From: Balanoglossus misakiensis | Taxonomy: Eukaryota; Animalia; Hemichordata | Length of the DNA stretch: 64,000 nucleotides | Assembly (NCBI GenBank): GCA_040954595.2 | Contig: CM082590.2 | Coordinates: 558,001-622,000 of the forward strand | Direction of reading: 5' to 3' | Part shown: positions 38,301 to 47,478 of the stretch, piece after piece | Layout: each line of letters opens with the position of its first letter | How positions within the stretch are numbered: the stretch's first letter is position 1 | Translations under genes and position numbers: made by a program | Notes under the pieces: model-generated | What the model saw: the letters and a program-made list of their open reading frames with translations, nothing else | Told to the model about the DNA's origin: nothing | Database searches by the model: none

Positions 38301-41300
38301 CTTGGGATTTCTTCTGAATTTCCTCTCAAGTGACTTCAGGCGATTCAGAGCATACTGCTCATTGTTGGGTAGTCTGACTTCTTCACTACGAAATGGTAAT
38401 CCAATTTCGTAATGTCCATCTTTGAGTTTGATTGACTTGTTCACTTCATTCAGGAACTTCTTGTCCTCCTGTGAATGCTCTCTTTTATCATCAATGACTC
38501 GTTCTGGAAAATCCAAATTGATTGCGTGTCGCACTAACTGGTCTAATTTCTTCAGACCTTCGACTTCTTCCATCTCCTCTATTGCGATAACTTCCGCTCT
38601 GTTTACTGGATAGCCGCATCCCTCTGTGCTACGGTAGATTTGTTTTCTCTCACCACGCTCCAAGCGATCCACCCAAGTCTTGTTCTGGATACATATGGTG
38701 TCTTGGGAGGGCCGGTTACAACTTCTAGTGGAGCGTATGCATCTGCCACTGCATTGCCGATCAGCAAACCAACTTCTGCGTCGATTTGTGGAAGCTTAAT
38801 GTCTCGTAAATGCGGCCATTTGTTAATGTCTTTTCCTGTGTAGGAATGTACTGTCTGGAAACTGGCATCACTGATTTGGTGTACACTTTCGGTAAGTCAA
38901 CTGTGTAAGTGCACTTCAGGTCACATACTTCCAAGCCTTTCAGTACGTAGGTGTCCAAATTGTGTGTTGAACCCATCGTATTTATAGTGAGCTTCGATTT
39001 CCTGCCCGTTGTGTTAAGTTGTCTCATTAAGCTCTCCGAGCAAAATGATATGCTGCTTCCTGGATCCAAAAAGGCATATGTGTCAATCAGTCTGTCTGTG
39101 TCTTTGACCTTGATCTTGACTGGTATAATAGCCATCAGACATTCACCGTCTCCGGTCCCCATATGGCATTGTATGGCTTTGCCACCTGATGTGTAGTGGA
39201 CTGGAACGGGATTTCTGGCAGTGGCCTGCTGGGAACGTTCCCTCTTGTTCTTCAGCAATACTTGTCGCTCTTGATGCAAGGCTGTCGGATGGTTTCCTTG
39301 ACACTTAGCACATTTCGCCTTCTTTCGACAGTCTTTACTTCTGTGTCCGTATTTCAAGCAGCCAAAACACACACCTTTCTTACGTAAGAACTCCATTGTT
39401 TCTTCATGGCCTAGAGCAATCAGTGCGCTGCATTCGCCCAAAGAATGACTGGTATCTTGGCAATACGGGCACGGTCTTTCTGGCTTTGATGGTGAATAGG
39501 TCTTCTTACCTTCCCTGTTTGTCCCTTTGGCTTCGTCTGCATTTTGGGTGCTGAAGGATCTCTCTGGTTTTGACCTCCTGACGTTCTTCTGGCCGACACT
39601 GTTGTAAGGACTGTTTGTAGGTTCCTTACCATACACCGGATCGTTCAACTCTTCTGCTGCTTCTCTGATGAGTCTCACCATGTGTCGGAACTTGGCTTCC
39701 TTTCCTGCTCTCCTTTTCCGAGTTGCAAGTGTCCGCCACTTAACTTGCAGGAAGTTGGGAAGCTTCAACTGTATTTTTCTTAAGTTGTCTGTTTGCTCCA
39801 ACACTCTCATCGCTTCTATACTCTGGACTGCATGCTCACATTCAGTCAGGAAAATAGCAAAGTCATCCAATGCTTTATGGTTGTCTGCCTTAACGGGCGG
39901 CCAGTCAAGAACTTTCTTCACGAAAGCCCCGGTGGATGTCACCGTATCTTCTCTTGAGCTCCTTTAAAGCCTTTTGGTAAGCTCGATCTGACGGTAGATG
40001 AGTATACCCACGGACGATCCTGTTAGCTTCACCTTCAGTGTAGTGTTCCAGGTAATGCATCCGGTCATCATCGTCTCTGGTGACTGCCTCAATCTTCGAT
40101 TTAAAAGCCTTAATAAATCTAGTGTTGTCCATGGGATTACCACTAAACTTCTTAAATTCTGAATGTGGCCTTTGTAGTTGGTCCACAATCGACTGCATGA
40201 CATCGACCGACTTCTTCTTCCTTCGGTGTCCTCTGGGTCTGAACGACAGCACAGAAATAGCGTCACTGGAGTCACTTTGCTCAGTGTCTGTATCGGTGTC
40301 ATGGGAGGAAACTTCAGAACCATCATCGTATTCATCAGAGTCTTCATCACTGGTATCTGTTTCTGGGTCCACTTCATGCCGATATGAAGTATTCTTACCA
40401 GCCTTTGGGTTTCTCTCTGGTGTCTTATTGTTGTGGCTTGAAGTTTCTCTTTCACCCTGTGATTTCTTCACTGGTGTCTTAACTTTGGGTCTTCTAAGCG
40501 CTGAACTGGTGCGGTTAGAAGTGGTCACTGCTGCAGACTTCTTCCTGTATGCAGTGTCTTTATCACTGTCGACCAGGGGCTCCTTCTTTATGTTGCTACT
40601 GGGATGTTGCTCAGGCTGATTTCCTTCCAAATCCCTGGCAGCTCTGTCCCTGGCTTCAGCAATCCGAAGTTTCTGTTGTAATTCGCTCTTTTTCTCCAAG
40701 AGTTCGAGTTCAAGTTTCTGCTTCGCAAGAGCTTCTTCCTCTTCGAAGTATTTAGCTTTCTCTCGCATTTCGGCGAGGTCTTGCACTTCTTTTACTCTGG
40801 CACTTGAAAGACATGTACAGCACGTAGAGGCATGTCCGGCCTTTGAGTCGTTGGGACAGCGAGCACCTGCTTGTGACACACTGTCTTCTGGTTGTATGAT
40901 GTCACTCCCAGCACGCCTTTCAGCAAGTGCAGCTCCACGCAGCCATCCTTCAACTGCACACTTGAACTGATTGAAGTGTTCTTCATCTTCTGGCAAACCT
41001 GGGACTTCATACTCTGAGGCAAACGGTCCTGAAAGACTGTGTAACTCATCCCTGATGGTGGAAAATTCTCTCCAGCATAATGTCCATTCTTCGTATGCTG
41101 AGCAAACGTCTGCTGGATTTCTGCCCCGATCAATCATGGTGTTGATTTCTTTCATCTTGCGTCTTAGCTTTGTACAGAAACGCTGTACCTCTGTCGTTTT
41201 TCTTTCATAAGCATAGATCTGTCCCTTCTCGGTTTGCTTTCTAATTCGAGAACTGCCACCTACAGCTCCTACCTCATGTTCTTTGGGTTTTCTGACCTTT

Positions 41301-41491
41301 GGTCTGGTATCTGGAAGACTCTTAGTTTCATTTTCTTCCTCTTCGGAACCAGTATCCATGTCCTCACTAACTTCTGAAGTTTGGCCCCATTCTTCAGGCT
41401 GTGACATTAAATGACCCTTTGAATCTTCGGGTTCTGTCCTCTCGCCTGTCTTCTCCTTTGATTCATGTTGACTTGCTTGCACGTCACTCAT
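35377..41491 (-). pseudogene. BEL/Pao gag-pol (gag with CCHC knuckles, aspartic protease, RT, RNase H, integrase), frameshifted
   Basis: CFGCLKYGHRSKDC; YAFLDPGS; [24 protein letters not shown]; HHFSDASE, TIPRLELMAA; GVDYFGP, SDNGTNF, GGIWERQIR; split over at least 5 ORFs; C-terminus lost after RRRWRQV. Confidence 0.97.
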
Positions 41492-41539
41492 CTTGAATCC
41501 TCCAGAGATCTCAATTGGTAGCCAATTCCGTCAATGAAA

Positions 41540-42017
41540 TGTAGCGGCACACAAACAGACTTCCTTTTATGGCCAACTATATAGTCTGCTGCGCACTGCT
41601 TGGGGTAAACAGTCAGGGTAGATCTCTCCGCAATGCGTCCCTCTTTAACAAATCACTGCTAGTGTCAAATTCTTTGTCACGGGGTTTATTCGACACTATA
41701 CATAGACGTGGAACGGTTAACTTAAAGACGTGGAACGTAGAACGATTGACTGAAAATAAAATAAAATAATACACTACATAAGTATTTGTCACTGTTACAC
41801 AACTCGAGGGTTCAAAGGTCAAGTTTACCACCTTGAACCATGGCCTCTTATGTAGGGCGCCCTCTAGAGGCAAGAAGCATGCACTTGCCCCCTCTAAAGT
41901 ACTTGCATTCCAAAGCCTAATTAATTATGCATAAAGCACTTTCAAACAGAAGAAACTCTTAATCTATAAAATATATCACTGAAGTCAAAAAGCAACTTGT
42001 GTTCGATGAACTGTCTA
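41540..42017 (-). mobile_element. BEL/Pao 5' LTR, truncated to ~478 bp
   Basis: Matches 34253-34731 with about 4 substitutions and 1 indel by eye; ends abruptly at the minisatellite. Confidence 0.9.
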
Positions 42018-42019
42018 TT

Positions 42020-43400
42020 GAACCAGCCAGGAGTGATGAGGTGACTGCGGAGGCGGGCGAACCAGCCAGAACCCCGACAGAAGCTCCACCCAGGAGTGAT
42101 GAGGCGACTGCGGAGGCGGGCGAACCAGCCAGAACCCCGACAGAAGCTCCACCCAGGAGTGATGAGGCGACTGCAGAGGCTGGCTTACAAGCCAGTAAGC
42201 AGCAGAAGTCTGGCAGGAAACGTAATCACAAGTCCGATCGACCCGTTGTCGACTCAGACGGTGAGACAGAAGCTCCACCCAGGAGTGATGAGGTGACTGC
42301 GGAGGCGGGCGAACCAGCCAGAACCCCGACAGAAGCTCCACCCAGGAGTGATGAGGCGACTGCGGAGGCGGGCGAACCAGCCAGAACCCCGACAGAAGCT
42401 CCACCCAGGAGTGATGAGGTGACTGCGGAGGCGGGCGAACAAGCCAGAACCCCGACAGAAGCTCCACCCAGGAGTGATGAGGTGACTGCGGAGGCGGGCG
42501 AACCAGCCAGAACCCCGACAGAAGCTCCACCCAGGAGTGATGAGGCGACTGCGGAGGCGGGCGAACCAGCCAGAACCCCGACAGAAGCTCCACCCAGGAG
42601 TGATGAGGCGACTGCGGAGGCGGGCGAACCAGCCAGAACCCCCGACAGAAGCTCCACCCAGGAGTGATGAGGTGACTGCGGAGGCGGGCGAACCAGCCAG
42701 AACCCCGACAGAAGCTCCACCCAGGAGTGATGAGGCGACTGCAGAGGCTGGCTTACAAGCCAGTAAGCAGCAGAAGTCTGGCAGGAAACGTAATCACAAG
42801 TCCGATCGACCCGTTGTCGACTCAGACGGTGAGACAGAAGCTCCACCCAGGAGTGATGAGGCGACTGCGGAGGCGGGCGAACCAGCCAGAACCCCGACAG
42901 AAGCTCCACCCAGGAGTGATGAGGTGACTGCGGAGGCGGGCGAACCAGCCAGAACCCCGACAGAAGCTCCACCCAGGAGTGATGAGGTGACCGCGGAGGC
43001 GGGCGAACCAGCCAGAACCCCGACAGAAGCTCCACCCAGGAGTGATGAGGCGACTGCAGAGGCTGGCTATTACAAGCCAGTAAGCAGCAGAAGTCTGGCA
43101 GGAAACGTAATCACAAGTCCGATCGACCCGTTGTCGACTCAGACGGTGAGACAGAAGCTTCACCCAGGAGTGATGAGGTGACTGCGGAGGTGGGCGAACC
43201 AGCCAGAACCCCGACAGAAGCTCCACCCAGGAGTGATGAGGCGACTGCATAGGCTGGCTTACAAGCCAGTATTAAGCAGCAGAAGTCTGGCGGGAAACGT
43301 AATCTGAAGTCCGATTGACCCGTTGTCGACTCAGACGGTGAGACAGAAGTTCCATCCGGGAATGATCAGACGACCCCAGAGGCGGGCGAACCAGCCAGTT
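42020..43400 (+). repeat. 63-bp (21-aa) coding minisatellite with interspersed 126-bp variant units
   Basis: Unit GAGTGATGAGG(T/C)GACTGCGGAGGCGGGCGAACCAGCCAGAACCCCGACAGAAGCTCCACCCAG = SDE(V/A)TAEAGEPARTPTEAPPR; variant encodes LQASKQQKSGRKRNHKSDRPVVDSDGE. Confidence 0.95.
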
Positions 43401-44173
43401 CCCCGCCAGTGACCCTATGTGCGACAGATGATAGCCACGAGACCTCCCCAGAAGACCCATCTGCTGCTCAGGTGAGCCCTCATCAGGCAGTCCCCTCGAC
43501 TTCCACTGGGAAGGTGGGATCATCCAAGAAAGCAGTAAAAAAAAGGTGCGCTACAGTCCACCTGAGTATGAGCCCGAAATGATTTTGGACGCAGCAACAG
43601 GCTTGTTCCGATATAGATGGCCTGATGATGACCTTGAGGAGGATGAGGGAAAGTTGATGGACATTGATGAGGATGCGGCAGAGGACGATAACTTTTAAGA
43701 TCTGTCATTTCCTGGTACTCCATCTGAGGAGTCCGACTCCGAGGATGAAGCCCTAATAGACGAGGCCATACGGCAGGCCTTGAAAGAGGGGGACGAGTGG
43801 CGTCTTTCACAGCATGAGGACACTGAGATATTTCCCGAACCCCTGTTCGAGAATGAGCGTGGACCCACGTTTACTATGCGAACATATGCAAGGGAGTTGG
43901 TATACGTCCTGAAATTTATATCACCGGACATGATATCTTTGGCGGTGAAGGAAACGAACAAAGATGCGACGTATCACCAGCAATACGTCGTAGTGGTTTT
44001 GAGTGGTTTGACTAGAAAATTCTGTCTGTAGACCAAAACTCGTGCACCGATCGCCGTTATCGAGCACACTGCATTTATATTGGACAGCAAAACGTCTCAC
44101 AACTTGTACAACAGCCCCTTTTTGAACTTTATGCGGCGAGAAAGACATGCTCAGCCGCATATGAAAGGGTTAA

Positions 44174-44730
44174 AGCAAAACTTTGGTAACTCAGATCAAC
44201 TATATGAAGCTCCATACTAAATTTCAAAGGAGTCCGCTGATCAATTCCAGAAAAGTAGTTTTTACCAAAAATGTGAAAAAAAGAAAAAAAAATCCACAAA
44301 AGATAGAAAATTCACACTATTAGCTCCAAACAAACAGAAGTGTTTGAGGTACACATAAGATACATGCATGCCATTTTTCAAATCAATATGACCATTGGTT
44401 GTTGAGTTTCTGCGTTTTGACCAATTTCACGTTTTCCCAGCTAATTCGCATATTTTTGGCAATGACAACTTCATTTGAACAAACTCCCATCTACAGCCTT
44501 TAATGCATCTGCCAACCAAATATATATCTAGGTTATACGCGCAGCGGTTTTCAAGTTTTTGATGTGGACGGACATACATACATACATACATACTGTACAT
44601 ACTGTACATACATACGGTACATACATACATACATACATACATACATACATACATACATACATACATACATACATGGTACATACATACATACCGTACATAC
44701 ATACATACATACATACCGGTACATACATAT
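44174..44730. mobile_element. Helentron/DINE-like host repeat segment ending in (CATA)n
   Basis: Continues 33448-33698; 44520-44600 is the reverse complement of ~63880-63960. Confidence 0.65.
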
Positions 44731-44731
44731 A

Positions 44732-45260
44732 TTGTAATCCAGTGTGGGTTTTTTAAGCAGAGGTGTAATGGTGGCCGACTTGAAGAAGGATCATGGAACC
44801 ACGCCAGACTGTGATGAGTTGATGATCCGTGTTATGAACAGGAGAAGTGGACTGAGACATTGTTTCAACAGCTATGTAGGAATTGGATCAAGAGAACATG
44901 TCTTGGTGGGCGATTTCAGAATGGTTTTCTTTACCAAGTCTGCTCTTACTGATAGAAATGTACGTAGACATAGTGAAATCAGTGCAGAGTTCAACAGAAT
45001 CAAACTGTCCTACGACTGTATTAGTGTCCAGAGTATTCCTTATATCTGTAATCTTCTTGGTAAAGTATTGTGAAAAAAGGCTCTGTGAGAGTTTATTGAC
45101 AGATGTATGGGTTGGGAGATAAACTTGACTGTGAAATAAAAATGACACTGCTCTGGCAAGAGACTTCTGGTTATCTTTTTTGTTCTGGATAAGATTGGCG
45201 TAATACTTCGATTTTGTGGAGCGAATTAGATTGTACACAAGCTGACAGTGAAACTTGTTA
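44732..45260 (-). mobile_element. Decayed L2-type LINE fragment
   Basis: KSKYYANLI...YFTKKITDIRNTL...; downstream remnants of SLDPIPT and VPXSFKSAXITPLLKK. Confidence 0.8.
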
Positions 45261-45489
45261 ATTTGTTTATGAATTTCAAGTTATGTGTAACACGACACAG
45301 AATTATTGCAGTGAGAGCATTGTCTGACAATGAATGACCGGGTAATCTAAAATGAGGTACCACATAGGGAGATCTGTCTTTTCTATTTGTTGTAAAAAGG
45401 TTTTTCATAGGAAAATGGAAGTCTGAACATTTCTAAAGATTTCTTTGTGATAATTTCAAGCAAAAAAATGTAGAAAAAAAAGTTGTGTG

Positions 45490-45561
45490 AGGTCCCACCG
45501 AGATTTGAACTCGGATCGCTGGATTCAAAGTCCAGAGTGCTAACCATTACACCATGGGACC
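45490..45561 (-). tRNA. tRNA-Gln(TTG)
   Basis: 72 nt GGTCCCATGGTGTAATGGTTAGCACTCTGGAC-TTTGAA-TCCAGCGATCCGAGTTCAAATCTCGGTGGGACCT; perfect acceptor stem, A and B boxes; Pol III T-run terminator at ~45473-45481. Confidence 0.98.
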
Positions 45562-45999
45562 TTGTATTGCGAACCTGGCATCGATAAACGTAGATAAATA
45601 ACTTTATGTGAAATATCGCCTCTACTTGGGGTTTCTTGAGTTTACTTTCTTGAATTATTGAAATAACAAGAAGGTATTTGAAACTGTATTTGTTATTATT
45701 CATGGCTTCTAAAAATAATACTCCGGGAGTACTGTTCACAATTTTCTATAAGAGGGTGGCCTTTGTGCGTGTGCAAACTCTCGGTCTCGAACTACACGAG
45801 ATTTACAGTCGGTACATGGTTTCTTGTGTTTGTACGAAGAGCGTAGTACACAAAACCGGCTTGAATTCCCACTATCTCTGAAAGTGCTTGAAGATTGAGC
45901 CCTCAAAGTAAATTAAGACAGTTTGCTTGCATACTTGGTGTTAGATGAAACGTTTTTTGGCGACAGAAACATTACCTTCGCGTTCATTTATATCTTGCT

Positions 46000-46401
46000 A
46001 AGTGATCAACTTATGGAAGCCGCCATTTTGTGGACGAGATGGTAAGGATTATACCGCACTCCCACGATCTGACAAGTTTCCGTCATCAGCGGAACAACCT
46101 GTGAAGGTGAACGGTAGACACAGGTATAAACTATCAATTTACCCTTTGGCGAATGCCTGTATTATCCCAAATCTATTGCCATTTATGGCTACTCGATGTG
46201 TTAAATTGCATTGGAAATTGTGTATTGATCATGACTCATAGTTGGCTAAGTCTTGGTCATGACACAGACAGTGTTGACCGCTATTTTAGGTTTTACATTG
46301 TGGAGTCACCGATATCTTTCAATCGTACAGATCATGTCGTCGATTCCCTGCGGAGAATTTTAACATCCATGTAAATCTAATTTAAAAGGTAGACTTCACA
46401 G
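46000..46401 (+). promoter_or_regulatory. Candidate CUL1 promoter and non-coding exon(s)
   Basis: YY1-type GCCGCCATTTT at 46019-46029; donors G|GTAAGG at 46042 and CAG|GTAAGA at 46402; the ATG exon has an acceptor at 47196-47197. Confidence 0.5.
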
Positions 46402-47323
46402 GTAAGAATTTGTACACACTGTGACAGGATCAGTGTATGTTGCAATGATTTGTACATCGTGAATCAAATAATCTAATTCTTGATAGTGATGTATTGTAAT
46501 TTGTATGACTTCTTGAAAGAAACAAGATGTCTGATCCCCTCACACTGCTCCATAATTTAGATTATTCGCCCATAGGTACATGTATTTTGCTACTAAAGAC
46601 AACCTATATGTGAATGTTATGGCATTGTTTTGGCCTTGCATCTAACAATCACCCAGTTCCTTTGGCCAGAAGACGGTCCCAAGGTGTTTGGGCTGCAATT
46701 GTTTTCTTGCTGAAAAATAGCAGATTATGTTTTCACACATCACTTTTGGGGGCATAGTGCTGTTAGGCAAAATTGATATAATAAAAAAACATTGTAAATC
46801 GTTTCTAAGAGTTTTTTAGAGTAAAGAAAGTGGCAAGAAATGTGATAACATAAATTCCCACGATCAACTGATTATTTTATTCACCATAGAAATAAACACC
46901 AAGGACAACCACATACATTTGTTGCTTGAGGAAACAGCAAATTTATATATTTATATTTTTTCTTGATGCCTTCTTCTGCTAAAATGGAATCCCAGTAAAA
47001 ACTCTTATTCCCTATTGTTACTCATACATCGGCAAGAAAATGGTGAAAATACATGTAAAGTCTCACTCAGTAATATTAAAAAAAATTGTTTTCAGCAAAA
47101 ATAAATTACAGTTAAAAAGTATGCTAAAAGGTTAGCCATCGAGATCTCATCCTCCTTGACAACTCTCCCTTGATGCTATCAAACATTTCTTTTGCAGGCT
47201 TTCAAGTAACTGACAAAAAGATAGAACAGGTGTTCAATCAAACGGAGATTTCCCAACACTAATCTATATTTTATCAGAAGTTCATTCATTTGCAAGTGCT
47301 GTTATAATCAACCAGACAACAGT

Positions 47324-47478
47324 ATGTCTAAATCATCAGGATCTGGACGTGGTGGTCAAAATCCCCATGGGTTGAAGCAGATTGGTCTGGATCAGATCTG
47401 GGATGATTTGAAGTCTGGTATACAACATGTCTATACAAGGCAAAGTATGGCAAAGGCGAGATTTATGGAGCTATACAC
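47324..47478 (+). CDS. CUL1: Cullin-1 coding exon 1
   Basis: [51 protein letters not shown](T), near-identical to vertebrate CUL1 [18 protein letters not shown]. Confidence 0.97.

Larger units (their letters stand above)
33703..44169 (+). mobile_element. piggyBac-like element (deleted transposase) hosting the BEL insertion
   Basis: TTGA-CCCTTTC ... GAAAGGG-TTAA; ~11 subterminal GAATTAATTTT repeats (33820-34085); acidic region and PGBD-like block FENERGPT...KFISPDMISLAVKETNK at 43621-43990. Confidence 0.65.

Noticed and set aside
35875-41210. Plus-strand ORFs over the BEL element
   Set aside because: Antisense shadows of gag-pol with no independent motifs.
42020-43400. Repeat ORF as a host mucin-like or structural gene, or a BEL env
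   Set aside because: It is frameshifted, lies outside the LTRs on the opposite strand to gag-pol, and leads into a piggyBac-like block.
44427-44756. ORFs MYVCMYV.../HTYIHTY...
   Set aside because: Translations of a (CATA)n microsatellite.
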